Shown piece by piece: positions 1-8,751 of a DNA stretch of 32,000 nucleotides. A program made the translations under genes and the position numbers. The stretch comes from Candidatus Poseidoniaceae archaeon (lineage in GTDB: Archaea; Thermoplasmatota; Poseidoniia; Poseidoniales; Poseidoniaceae). Each line of letters opens with the position of its first letter. Position 1 is the stretch's first letter. Where the stretch lies: assembly GCA_943789275.1 (NCBI GenBank), contig CALSTM010000001.1, positions 480,001 to 512,000 on the forward strand, written 5' to 3'. The notes under the pieces are model-generated. The model saw nothing but the letters and a program-made list of their open reading frames with translations, did no database searches and was not told where the DNA came from.

Positions 1-285
1 TGAAGCATAAATTGCACATATTTCAGTAGGGCTTTGTGTCGCATAATGTATGTTATACGACAATGGCCCTAATGTGGCAATGGACGGCCCGTATCAATCC
101 ACTACAGATGTAGAGCAGTGCACCGTTTAGAAAAGGATTCGCCGATAAGGTGTCAACAAATTTGCATTTTTTGCCTCCAAGTAGGGGGGTTGGGTGGTAA
201 AAACCCAGGAAAGTGAAGACGTACAATTTGGCTTCCTTTGATAGAAGATTCTAAGACAAAGAGCCATGTCCAAAGAGTGATTGAC

Positions 286-438
286 ATGGCGGTAGTAGAG
301 GGATTTTGTCTGAAGTGCAAAACCTATGGGCCCATCAAAGATGGACAGCTCATTAAAATGAAGAACGGCAGAACGCGTATGGCGGGCACCTGTTCTCAAA
401 ACGGCTGCACCGGTAAAATTTCCAAGATCGTGAGTTAA
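286..438 (+). CDS. Small zinc-ribbon protein, DUF5679-like (51 aa from ATG 286; the track start at 238 is a TTG extension)
   Basis: Sequence 'FCLKCKTYGPIKDGQLIKMKNGRTRMAGTCSQNGCTGKISKI' has the CxxC ... 'KNGR' ... 'GxC..(C)GxK' layout I associate with DUF5679 small proteins. The antisense 90-aa ORF at 127..399 has no recognisable features. Confidence 0.6.
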   Translation: MAVVEGFCLKCKTYGPIKDGQLIKMKNGRTRMAGTCSQNGCTGKISKIVS

Positions 439-461
439 TGCCTAAAACTTCCACCGATGTG

Positions 462-469
462 ATTTAATA
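462..469 (+). promoter_or_regulatory. TATA-like box (ATTTAATA) upstream of tRNA-Val
   Basis: AT-rich octamer resembling the archaeal TATA consensus (TTTAWATA). It lies about 27-34 nt upstream of the mature tRNA 5' end at 496. Position and sequence only, no experimental support. Confidence 0.3.
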
Positions 470-495
470 CACCGGTTCAGTGGGCAGGATACCTA

Positions 496-571
496 GGGCT
501 CGTGGTCTAGGGGTTATGACGTCGCCTTGACATGGCGAAGATCGAGAGTTCAATTCTCTCCGAGCCCACCA
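496..571 (+). tRNA. tRNA-Val (anticodon GAC), 76 nt, genomically encoded 3' CCA
   Basis: Folded by hand into a canonical cloverleaf. Acceptor GGGCTCG/CGAGCCC has 7 bp. D stem is GTCT/TGAC. Anticodon stem is TCGCC/GGCGA with loop TTGACAT (GAC at positions 34-36). Variable loop is 5 nt. T stem is GAGAG/CTCTC with loop TTCAATT. Discriminator is A, followed by CCA. No intron. Confidence 0.93.
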
Positions 572-625
572 TTCGAATCGTAACCCATTTATGATTTCCG
601 ACTATTGAGCCACCATAAAGTAATT

Positions 626-641
626 AAAAAAATTATTTTTT
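626..641. terminator. Back-to-back oligo-A/oligo-T tract (A7-TTA-T6), candidate bidirectional archaeal terminator
   Basis: T6 on the + strand lies 65 nt downstream of the tRNA. T7 on the - strand lies about 30 nt downstream of the stop of the 662..1024 gene. Archaeal termination typically uses oligo-T tracts. Confidence 0.35.
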
Positions 642-661
642 GATGTGAGAATGAGTATATT

Positions 662-1024
662 TCATTCCGAAAGGATTTCTGGCTCTGGTAATTCCAGATC
701 ATCGGGGTCAATCAGCGAAAGGGGTTTCTCGTCATCTTCGACCGTGAAATCAGTCGAACCACCTTTCCATGAAGCGATGTCCACTATCTCCTGGAATTGT
801 TCGTCAGGTATTGCCAATTGGTCGGATAATGAATACATCATGGGGTCGACTGCTTCACGTTCAGGAAGAGCACTTGGTAACGGTGCTTCTCTTTCTTCAA
901 GATGAATACCGGAATGGAAAGTGCCGCATTCCGCACATCGAACTGAACCTTTTGGTTCAATACAGCCACAAACTGGACACGCTGATTTGCCTTTGAAGGC
1001 ACTCAGTTTGTCTTCAACAGTCAT
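662..1024 (-). CDS. Small acidic zinc-ribbon protein (120 aa from ATG 1024; track start 1066 is TTG and would overlap the upstream gene)
   Basis: 'CPVCGC...CAECG' forms a CxxC-x13-CxxC zinc ribbon, followed by an acidic Pro/Glu/Asp tail. The ATG lies 4 nt after the stop of the upstream co-directional gene (TGAAAGGATG). Confidence 0.6.
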   Translation of the reverse strand: MTVEDKLSAFKGKSACPVCGCIEPKGSVRCAECGTFHSGIHLEEREAPLPSALPEREAVDPMMYSLSDQLAIPDEQFQEIVDIASWKGGSTDFTVEDDEKPLSLIDPDDLELPEPEILSE

Positions 1025-1028
1025 CCTT

Positions 1029-2891
1029 TCACTCCAAGAAAATATCTTTTTGGTAGCCAGTGACAAGGTCGCCAGAACCGTCTTCTTCGATGGTTACTGT
1101 TTCTTCCTCATCGTCAAATTCAATGATTGTGCCGAATACATCCTCATCCTCAAAGGCGAGGCCAATGTGGGAGCCAATATCGATTTCATCATCGTCATCC
1201 GCGTCCTCTTCTTCATCATCTTCCGACTCATCGTCTTCTTCGTCATCAAACACTTCTTCCTCGTCATCCAACTCTTCTCCATCGTCTGCCTCTTCCTCGA
1301 CATCGGCTTCTGATTCTGCATCTACTTCATCGTTCGAGTTCTCGGTACGTGCTTCATCTGTATCATCTGAAACTTCCTTCATCGCTTTGGATCGAGCCCT
1401 CCAACCAGGGACAACTACGAAATGCATAGCAAGCGAGCCGAGCAGCCCAACAGTTCCGAGGACCATCATGAGGATTCCATCCCAATAAAATCCAGCAGGC
1501 ATGGAAGATGAATCTCCCGAAAGTGGAGTAAGTGAGTTTCGACATTCACCGACTTGTACATCTGGTTCGCAAGGATAAATATCTCCTTCCTCCCAAGATT
1601 CATATCCGATTTTGTAGCTGGTTTCCAATGCGATTGGGCCACCTTCTCCACTCACGCTGAGAGGTCCAATGCCCCCCATTCCGTTAATCAACCACGCGGC
1701 TATGAACAGTCCAAAGGTCATATGTATGAGAGGCCAAACAACATCATTCCACTTTTTACCCATCATTTTTCTTTGAAGGTCAGTAGGGAATGGCTTGTCC
1801 ACTTTCTTCGATAGCCGTGCCTCGTCATCGATTGCATCATCGGTATCATCAAGTGATTCGAGAATTTCGACAAATTCAATAATGTCAATGGTCCCGTCGT
1901 TATCTTCGTCTGCGTCAGACAAGAACGATTCTATGTCTTTATGAGTCACTTCTGAACCGATTAAATCGGAAATGGATTCTTTGAACTCAGCGGCAGAAAT
2001 TTGGCCGTTGCCGTCGTTGTCAAGGGCGTTGAAGAATTTATTCGGTGAATCGCCTGATTCATCCATTGCATCAGAGATGAGTTGCAATATGGACTGTGGT
2101 GATTGAATCTCATTGTCAATCTCATCAACATCATCCATCTCGGCAACATAACCCTCGTCGAGTTCTTCATCCTCAAAGTCCTCAATCTCTTCAGATTCAA
2201 CATCTGGTTCATCCTCGACTTCATCAGACTCAAGAACATCGTCATCTTCTTCATCTGGGTCAACATCCATTGAATCCTCCATGGAATCGTCCTTTTCTGA
2301 CCCCTCATCAGAATCTTCATCTGTGTTTTCGAGTGGTTTTTCATCTTCGTCGGAATCTCCATCCACTTCATCGACGGAATCATCCTTTTCGGGTTCGGTG
2401 TCGGTCGAAGGTTGATCAATTTCTTCGGATTCATACTCCACTCCAGTAATAGTTTCATGTAGTTCAGATAGGTCGATTTGACCGTCGCCATCTTCGTCAA
2501 TGGTATTTACCAATCGTTCGACTTGCGAGGGTGGTAAATCTGCCAAGTTGAGGCTTAACAAACCGGTTTTCAATTCGCTCGAATCGATGAGATTATCGTT
2601 GTTTGTATCGAACTTTTTGAAGAGAGTTGGAATGCTGATGCCTGTTGTTTCAAGCCATTTTCGTAGAACTTCGACAACGTCATCTGCTACGAAAATTGTC
2701 CCGCAGTGAGGGCATTTAGTTGAATCAAGGGGGACCAATCCGTGGCAGGCACCACATTCACCAAGAGCTTCATCGGAGACTCCGGTAAAGGAGATGTTAC
2801 ACTCAGGGCAGTTCTCTGAATTGAGTGGCACGATTGCTCTGCATGCGCCACATTCAGCCATTGGGACTTCTTCTTTCGTCTCGTCAGACAT
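1029..2891 (-). CDS. Membrane protein: N-terminal double zinc ribbon, 2 EF-hand pairs (4 canonical Ca2+ loops), 2 TM helices, poly-acidic tracts
   Basis: Two CxxC...CxxC ribbons: 'CGACRAIVPLNSENCPEC' and 'CGACHGLVPLDSTKCPHC'. Four 12-residue EF loops: 'DTNNDNLIDSSE', 'DEDGDGQIDLSE', 'DNDGNGQISAAE', 'DEDNDGTIDIIE'. Hydrophobic segments 'VVWPLIHMTFGLFIAAWLINGMGGIG' and 'GILMMVLGTVGLLGSLAMHFVVV' flank a ~60-aa loop with a Cys pair. Long D/E tracts are present. ATG at 2891 is preferred over the GTG at 2897. Confidence 0.8.
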   Translation of the reverse strand: MSDETKEEVPMAECGACRAIVPLNSENCPECNISFTGVSDEALGECGACHGLVPLDSTKCPHCGTIFVADDVVEVLRKWLETTGISIPTLFKKFDTNNDNLIDSSELKTGLLSLNLADLPPSQVERLVNTIDEDGDGQIDLSELHETITGVEYESEEIDQPSTDTEPEKDDSVDEVDGDSDEDEKPLENTDEDSDEGSEKDDSMEDSMDVDPDEEDDDVLESDEVEDEPDVESEEIEDFEDEELDEGYVAEMDDVDEIDNEIQSPQSILQLISDAMDESGDSPNKFFNALDNDGNGQISAAEFKESISDLIGSEVTHKDIESFLSDADEDNDGTIDIIEFVEILESLDDTDDAIDDEARLSKKVDKPFPTDLQRKMMGKKWNDVVWPLIHMTFGLFIAAWLINGMGGIGPLSVSGEGGPIALETSYKIGYESWEEGDIYPCEPDVQVGECRNSLTPLSGDSSSMPAGFYWDGILMMVLGTVGLLGSLAMHFVVVPGWRARSKAMKEVSDDTDEARTENSNDEVDAESEADVEEEADDGEELDDEEEVFDDEEDDESEDDEEEDADDDDEIDIGSHIGLAFEDEDVFGTIIEFDDEEETVTIEEDGSGDLVTGYQKDIFLE

Positions 2892-2922
2892 TTCCACACC
2901 TGCTCTTCCCAGTGCATCGTCG

Positions 2923-2930
2923 GATATAAT
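2923..2930. promoter_or_regulatory. TATA-like element (GATATAAT / ATTATATC) in a 100-nt divergent intergenic region
   Basis: It lies about 32 nt upstream of the ATG (2891) of the minus-strand EF-hand gene, compatible with a leaderless or short-leader transcript. It lies about 65 nt upstream of the ATG at 2994, which has a GGGGGGT SD-like motif at 2982-2988. Confidence 0.3.
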
Positions 2931-2993
2931 GATTCATAGACTTTGAATGATGAACTCGCAATACGAGCGGTCAAATGCGACGGGGGGTAAAAA

Positions 2994-3863
2994 ATGGAAA
3001 TCGGCAAAATATACACCTGTGAGTTTGTGACTGATGAGGAAACTCTTGCTTGGGTCGATCGTCAAAGCCAATCCCAAGAGGGACATGTTTTGTTGTTTTC
3101 TCGTCTACCACACCGTCGACTCGTCGAGCACCTTGACATCAACACTGTCGAGGCGTATTGGCTCACTGAACGAGTCACTGAGGGTGCAATTCGTCCCGAC
3201 CTTGACGGCATATCGAACATCATTTTATCCCACCTTTCAAACCATAATGGAGTTATCATGGTTGAAGGGTTGGAGTGGTTGGTCACTCAAAACGGAGAAG
3301 ACAACACACTTGCATTTGTCCGTATGTTGAGGGAATCAGTTCATCGAAAGAATTGGACCATACTTATCCCCATCCGCACACTCGCCTTCGATCCGCTGTG
3401 GTTGGCACGCCTACGAAGGGAAGCCCCCGGAATAGTTCTGAGTGAACGCTCGGATTCCGAAGAAGATATCCAAAATGAAGGAGGTCAAACCGAGTTGGAA
3501 CCGGAGCCAGTGGAAACCATTCCAATGAGCATACTCGAGGATGGCTCGCCGCAACTCATTCAATTGACACGATTGCCACGAATTGGATTCACCACATCAC
3601 TGCTTCGTAAGCGTATTCTTCAATGGAGGCGGATGGGTCTTGACGTTTCAGAAGTTGAGCCTGCGCTCAGTGTAATGGGCGAAGAACAAGCATACGACCT
3701 GTATTCGGTTGTAGAAGAAAAAGTCCGTAAAGCCGTAGATTTAGACCGATATCTCACAGCCCACCGTGATCGATTTTCAGCATCTGAAGAAGCATCAGCG
3801 CGGTTTCGGATTCGACAATTAACTGGACTCGAGGAACTTTCAAAGATGTACTTGGAACCTTAA
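2994..3863 (+). CDS. DUF835 domain protein (inactivated KaiC/RecA-like fold) with acidic linker and helical C-terminal region
   Basis: N-terminal ~145 aa match the DUF835 pattern as I remember it: 'VLLFSRLPHRRL', 'AYWLTE', 'AIRPDLDGISN', 'VIMVEGLEWLVTQNG', 'FVRMLRESV'. No Walker A motif is present. ATG is preceded by a GGGGGGT SD-like motif. Confidence 0.75.
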   Translation: MEIGKIYTCEFVTDEETLAWVDRQSQSQEGHVLLFSRLPHRRLVEHLDINTVEAYWLTERVTEGAIRPDLDGISNIILSHLSNHNGVIMVEGLEWLVTQNGEDNTLAFVRMLRESVHRKNWTILIPIRTLAFDPLWLARLRREAPGIVLSERSDSEEDIQNEGGQTELEPEPVETIPMSILEDGSPQLIQLTRLPRIGFTTSLLRKRILQWRRMGLDVSEVEPALSVMGEEQAYDLYSVVEEKVRKAVDLDRYLTAHRDRFSASEEASARFRIRQLTGLEELSKMYLEP

Positions 3864-5407
3864 CGGTTTAATCTGCCAACCTCTGCCTCAATGCGGGCAA
3901 GCCATTTCGAATCGAGAAGTTCATTCGCTACTGCGATAAGGTCGCCACTGGTACTACGGTCTCCTTGAAGTGGTTTGACAAGAGTTCGAACCCTCTTTTT
4001 GAGAGCGTGAACAAATGGTGACGGTTGAAGGGGATTGAGTTCGAGGGCTTCGCATGCGACCACCAATTCGCATGCAAGTACTTCTGCGAGGCGGGATGTT
4101 GCTTGAAGGAGATTCCACGTAGCAGTTGCACCCATACTCACATGATCTTCTTGCCCAGCAGATGTAGATGTTGAAAAAATAGTACGTGGGGCTGCATGGC
4201 CATGAAGTTCGGATAATGAAGCGCCGGCCACATACTGTACAATCATCAATCCAGATTCAAGTCCTGAATCTTTGGCGAGGAATGCTGGCATTCCACTTCG
4301 TGCAGGGTCCAGCATTTGGTCAATTCTACGTTCTGAAATGGATGCCAACTCAAAAAGAGCTGCTGACATCGAGTCTGCCGTCAAAGCAAGTACTTCGCCA
4401 TGGAAATTCCCCTGGGAAAGCACCTCATGCGGGCCAGGGTTTGAATGATCGGGGAATACCAAGGGATTATCAGTGGCACTGTTGAGTTCAATATTCAACG
4501 TGTTTTGAAGAGCAGAGAAGCGCTCATACACCGCTCCATGTACTTGTGGAGCACACCGAAATGAATAGGCGTCTTGGACTTGGTCGCAATTGGCATGGGA
4601 TTCCATAATCGGTGAATTCGCTAAAATTGTTCGAATCCTTCTGGAGATCGTCAACTGACCTTCATGCGGTCTTGCATTATGTACTCGCTCGTCTGCAGGA
4701 GTGACACTGGCCTTTCTCGCCTCAATAGAAGTACAAAGAACAAGGTCGGCATAGACCATGAGATTGGTCAGCCTTTGTTCAGAAAGTGTAAGGAAACTGC
4801 ACATCTGACTTGTACCGTTAATGAGAGACAATCCGTCTTTAGCACGAAGCTCGAGCGGAATGAGTCCGTGCACTTTCAATTGGTTTGCTGATGGTTCAGT
4901 CGTACCGTCCGATGTGAGCACATCTCCTTCCCCTATCAAAGCCAGCGCCATATGCGAAAGAGGGGCGAGGTCGCCACTTGCACCAAGACTTCCGATACGT
5001 GGTATCGCAGGAATGATGTCGAAATTGAGAAAATTAACGATTTGTCCTAGGACGTCTGGATGAACACCTGAGTGCCCTTTCGCGAGTGAATTGATTCGAA
5101 CAGCCATCATAGCGCGTACTGATTCCTTCGACATGAGTTCACCAATTGCTGTTGCGTGTGAACGAATGAGATTGACTTGAAGTTGAGTCAAATCACCAGG
5201 TGAGATTCGTTGGTGGACAAGCGCTCCAAATCCCGTATTAATCCCATAGACCGTTTCGTCGTTTGTAAGAATTCTTTCGACCACAGAACGAGCGGAAAGT
5301 ACGCGGGCCATTGCGTCGGTTGAAACCTCCACTTTTGCATTACCTGTTGCAATGTGCATAACTTCTGAAGGAGTGAGTGTGTGTCCGTCGAGTGAAATTG
5401 TAATCAT
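3860..5407 (-). CDS. hutH: Histidine ammonia-lyase
   Basis: Full-length 515 aa. MIO-forming 'GSLGASGDLAPLSHMAL' motif and typical 'YGINTGFG' N-terminal motif. Its ATG overlaps the hutU stop (ATGA). Confidence 0.95.
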   Translation of the reverse strand: MITISLDGHTLTPSEVMHIATGNAKVEVSTDAMARVLSARSVVERILTNDETVYGINTGFGALVHQRISPGDLTQLQVNLIRSHATAIGELMSKESVRAMMAVRINSLAKGHSGVHPDVLGQIVNFLNFDIIPAIPRIGSLGASGDLAPLSHMALALIGEGDVLTSDGTTEPSANQLKVHGLIPLELRAKDGLSLINGTSQMCSFLTLSEQRLTNLMVYADLVLCTSIEARKASVTPADERVHNARPHEGQLTISRRIRTILANSPIMESHANCDQVQDAYSFRCAPQVHGAVYERFSALQNTLNIELNSATDNPLVFPDHSNPGPHEVLSQGNFHGEVLALTADSMSAALFELASISERRIDQMLDPARSGMPAFLAKDSGLESGLMIVQYVAGASLSELHGHAAPRTIFSTSTSAGQEDHVSMGATATWNLLQATSRLAEVLACELVVACEALELNPLQPSPFVHALKKRVRTLVKPLQGDRSTSGDLIAVANELLDSKWLARIEAEVGRLNR

Positions 5408-7449
5408 TGTGAATCCTCCTTAAACAGGTCATTCAATAGTTTGTCATCAGCATGCTGGGGCAAGGTAACTCGGAGTAAAGGTTCAGACTCCATTGCCCTA
5501 CGTATAGCAAATTCCGCACCTGAGTTTCGAGCCCAAGCTCGACGTGCAACTCCATTGTTGACATCCCAGTGAAGCATTCGTTGAAGTTTTAATTCACATT
5601 CATCGCTACCGTCAAGAAGCATACCGAATCCTCCATTCATGACTTCACCCCATCCGACGCCACCGCCGTTATGGAGGCTCACCCAAGTGGCCCCTCTGAA
5701 AGCATCGCCCACGAAATTTTGTACGGCCATATCTGCGGTTTGTATCGACCCGTCACGGATATTTGCAGTTTCTCTGTAGGGGCTATCTGTGCCCGATACA
5801 TCGTGATGGTCACGACCAAGTACAACGGGTGCAGAAATCCGTCCAGTTGCGATCGCCCTGTTCATGGCAGAAGCAATCTTTCTTCGCCCTTCATCATCAG
5901 CATACAAAATCCTTGCTTGGCTTCCAACGACCATATCATTGGCTCCAGCACCACGAATCCATCGGATGTTATCGATCATTTGTTGTTGAATTTCTACAGG
6001 TGAATCTTGAAGCATTTGCTCGAGAACTTCACACGCAATTTCATCGGTCACCTGCAAGTCAGACGGGTCGCCAGAGCAGCAGACCCATCTGTAAGGTCCG
6101 AATCCATAATCGAAACACATGGGTCCCATGATATCTTCAACATAACTCGGGTAACGGAACGATGAACCATCAGCAGACATGACCTCAGCACCGGCTCGGC
6201 TTGCTTCAAGGAGGAAAGCATTTCCGTAATCCCAAAAGTACATGCCATCGTCTGCTAATGCATTGATTGCGGTTGCATGCCTGCGAAGCGTTGAACGTAC
6301 TTCTTCGGCGAATTTCTCAGGATGTGAAGAGAGCATCTTCGACGCTTCATCGTAGGTAAAGCCGGCTGGGAAGTAGCCGCCTTGGAAGGGATTATGGAGA
6401 CTGGTCTGGTCGCTTCCAAGGTCCACTGAGACGCCTCGTTCTACCAAACGCTCCCACAACTCGACAATGTTTCCGACAAATCCGATTGAGATTGGTTTTT
6501 TTAATTCAGCAGACGCCATCATTTGGTCGATAGCATCGTCTACATCTTCGGTAACGGTTGTCAACCATCCTTGTTCATGACGTTTGTATGCTGCGTGCGC
6601 ATTCGATTCAGCGACGATGCATGATGCGCCAGCAATAACCGCAGCTTTCGCTTGAGCACCGGACATGCCTCCGAGTCCAGATGTAACAAAAGTCACACCT
6701 CCGAGCCCCTCGTCGCCGCCGAGCCCAAGATGAGCTCGTGCTGCATTGAGCAATGTAATGGTCGTCCCATGTACTATGCCTTGGGGGCCAATGTACATGT
6801 AGGAACCCGCAGTCATTTGCCCGTATTGAGTCACACCAAGAGCGTTCATGCGCTCATAATTATCCTGAGATGATGCGTTTGGGATAACCATGCCGTTGGT
6901 TACGATAACCCGCGGGGCGTCTTTGTGTGAAGGAAACAGTCCCATCGGATGACCAGAATACATGACGAGCGTTTGCTCATCCGACATTTGAGAGAGATAC
7001 TGCATGACCAGGCGGTATTGAGCCCAGTTTTGAAAAACAGAGCCGTTACCACCATAGGTGATGAGTTCATGAGGGAATTGGGCGACAGCAGGATCTAAAT
7101 TATTTTGAATCATCAGCATTATCGATGCTGCTTGCAACGATTTGCTGGGATATGCGTCAAGTGGGTGGGCTCGCATATCGTATTCCGTTGGGCGGTACCT
7201 CCACATGATGATGCGGCCAAAAGTTTCCAACTCTTCGAGGAATTCTGGAGCCAACGCCTCATGGTGTCTTGATGAGAAATACCGTAGAGCATTTTTTAAT
7301 GCTAATTTCTTTTCTTCATCGGTCAATATTTGACGCCGTGGGGGCGCATGGTCAACAGATTCGTCCCACAATGGAGGTGATGGGATTTGGTCGGGAATAC
7401 CTTCACCCAAATGCTTGTTCAAAGCACTGAAGTCTCCGCCCATGTCCAT
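5404..7449 (-). CDS. hutU: Urocanate hydratase, long (~680 aa) form
   Basis: 'GLGGMSGAQAKAA' NAD-binding region, 'YIGPQGIVHGT', 'RDHHDVSGTDSPYRETANI', 'GGGVGWGE'. The N-terminal extension with 'ALKNALRYF' resembles the long eukaryote/Bacteroidetes-type enzyme rather than the ~557-aa proteobacterial HutU. Confidence 0.95.
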   Translation of the reverse strand: MDMGGDFSALNKHLGEGIPDQIPSPPLWDESVDHAPPRRQILTDEEKKLALKNALRYFSSRHHEALAPEFLEELETFGRIIMWRYRPTEYDMRAHPLDAYPSKSLQAASIMLMIQNNLDPAVAQFPHELITYGGNGSVFQNWAQYRLVMQYLSQMSDEQTLVMYSGHPMGLFPSHKDAPRVIVTNGMVIPNASSQDNYERMNALGVTQYGQMTAGSYMYIGPQGIVHGTTITLLNAARAHLGLGGDEGLGGVTFVTSGLGGMSGAQAKAAVIAGASCIVAESNAHAAYKRHEQGWLTTVTEDVDDAIDQMMASAELKKPISIGFVGNIVELWERLVERGVSVDLGSDQTSLHNPFQGGYFPAGFTYDEASKMLSSHPEKFAEEVRSTLRRHATAINALADDGMYFWDYGNAFLLEASRAGAEVMSADGSSFRYPSYVEDIMGPMCFDYGFGPYRWVCCSGDPSDLQVTDEIACEVLEQMLQDSPVEIQQQMIDNIRWIRGAGANDMVVGSQARILYADDEGRRKIASAMNRAIATGRISAPVVLGRDHHDVSGTDSPYRETANIRDGSIQTADMAVQNFVGDAFRGATWVSLHNGGGVGWGEVMNGGFGMLLDGSDECELKLQRMLHWDVNNGVARRAWARNSGAEFAIRRAMESEPLLRVTLPQHADDKLLNDLFKEDSQ

Positions 7450-7488
7450 TGGTTGATGCTCCCGCCCTTGAGTATTCGTATTGGTTCA

Positions 7489-8751
7489 TTACGGAATTGT
7501 TGTTTGAGTGTTCTGTCTTGAACGATCAGGGCGCCATAGTGTAAACACAATTCCCGATATCATCATCAGCACCGCGAAACTCTGGAACCCACTTTGGAGT
7601 GTTAAGTATCCGTTCTCCAATAAGTAACCAGCCGTTGCGCTTGAAGCAGAGAAGGCAATTGACATTGTCAGCATATCGATTGAAAACACTCTTCCGCGAA
7701 TTTCATCTTCGACCCATCGTTGTGTAAGGATGGTCGAAAGAACCCAATTTCCACCGCTTGCAGAGTGCGCGAACATCACAAGAATTACCGTCAACCAAAC
7801 ATTGACACCTAAGGTCAATCCAACGATGAGGTAGAAAAACCCTGAAACCACGACAAGAAGTCCAATGAGAAACGGCCACTGTTCTTCGTTGGTTAAGAAC
7901 CGACGTGCTATGATTGGCCCTAAGCCGGTACCAATTCCTCGAGCGAAGAAAAATAATCCGAACCCGATGGCTGCCCCGAAACCGTCAACATCAGACCCAG
8001 CGACCACTAAGAATACGCCAGCAAGCCCCCCTCCCGCAATATTCCAAGATGCTTTTGCGAAAACGACACGTAAAAGGCGTGATTCGTCAAGGATTCTTCG
8101 TAATCCTTTCTTTATGTTTGAAACAGCGGTAGAAAGGAGTGGACCATCCATTTCTTCACCAATCGTTTGAGGGAGTGTCAGTGGAATAAGCAGTACAGTG
8201 CCTAACAAGAAGGTTAGTGCATCGATGATGAATGCGGCTTCAACGCCGTACAGTTCGACCACAACACCACCGAGCATGGCTCCGATGCACAAAGCTGAAG
8301 ACCATGATGCGGCATCTAAGGCATTGGCTGTTGCAAGGTTTTCTTTTGATACAATATTCGGGAGTGCAGCACGTTCTGCAGTAACATACGCTCCATGTAA
8401 AAGCATCATCACTCCTGAAAGGCCAAGCATCCAACCAATGTCCTCTGGCCCGTTCACGCCAAGGAAGCACAATGCAAGGAAGATTTGGATAAAGTTCGAT
8501 GCAATCATAATATGTTTGCGATTCATTCGGTCAGCTAAAAGTCCACTAATCGGTTGAAGGAGCGCAAAGCAGAGCATTCGAACTGTAAACAAAATCCCCA
8601 ATAGGAATTCGGATTCAGTATATTCGAAAATGAGAAGGAACAGTGCGATGGTGTTGAACCATTCACCCAGCATAGATACAACAGAAGCAGACCAAAGTCT
8701 TCGGAATTGTTTGTTGGTCTTGAGGAGTTCAAGATAACCGATACTTTTCAT
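7489..8751 (-). CDS. MFS transporter (12-TM; MFS_3/EntS-like by appearance)
   Basis: 420 aa, hydrophobic throughout, with the MFS loop motif 'GLLADRMNRKHIM' between TM2 and TM3. Its ATG overlaps the stop of the upstream molybdoenzyme gene (ATGA). Confidence 0.85.
   Translation of the reverse strand: MKSIGYLELLKTNKQFRRLWSASVVSMLGEWFNTIALFLLIFEYTESEFLLGILFTVRMLCFALLQPISGLLADRMNRKHIMIASNFIQIFLALCFLGVNGPEDIGWMLGLSGVMMLLHGAYVTAERAALPNIVSKENLATANALDAASWSSALCIGAMLGGVVVELYGVEAAFIIDALTFLLGTVLLIPLTLPQTIGEEMDGPLLSTAVSNIKKGLRRILDESRLLRVVFAKASWNIAGGGLAGVFLVVAGSDVDGFGAAIGFGLFFFARGIGTGLGPIIARRFLTNEEQWPFLIGLLVVVSGFFYLIVGLTLGVNVWLTVILVMFAHSASGGNWVLSTILTQRWVEDEIRGRVFSIDMLTMSIAFSASSATAGYLLENGYLTLQSGFQSFAVLMMISGIVFTLWRPDRSRQNTQTTIP

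Noticed and set aside
1-285. About 285 nt without a convincing ORF at the window start; possible ncRNA
   Set aside because: I found only a weak 5-bp hairpin (TGGGT-ggtaaaa-ACCCA, ~200-216) and a T6 tract (~167-172). I saw no C/D-box, SRP, RNase P or tRNA-like motifs. It may simply be promoter/terminator space, or the end of a gene lying outside the window.
127-399. 90-aa minus-strand ORF overlapping the DUF5679-like gene
   Set aside because: It is antisense to an ORF with a recognisable small zinc-ribbon family pattern. It has no motifs of its own and an implausible composition, so it is probably a shadow ORF.
1060-1488. 142-aa Ser-rich plus-strand ORF (and the neighbouring 921..1313, 1127..1429 and 2096..2449 ORFs)
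   Set aside because: These are low-complexity translations produced by reading the antisense or off-frame of GAx-rich Asp/Glu tracts in the EF-hand gene.
496-3863. tRNA-Val as an integration site for a genomic island containing the odd acidic/zinc-ribbon genes
   Set aside because: No integrase or recombinase is present. I found no direct repeat of the tRNA 3' half downstream, and there is no obvious compositional break.
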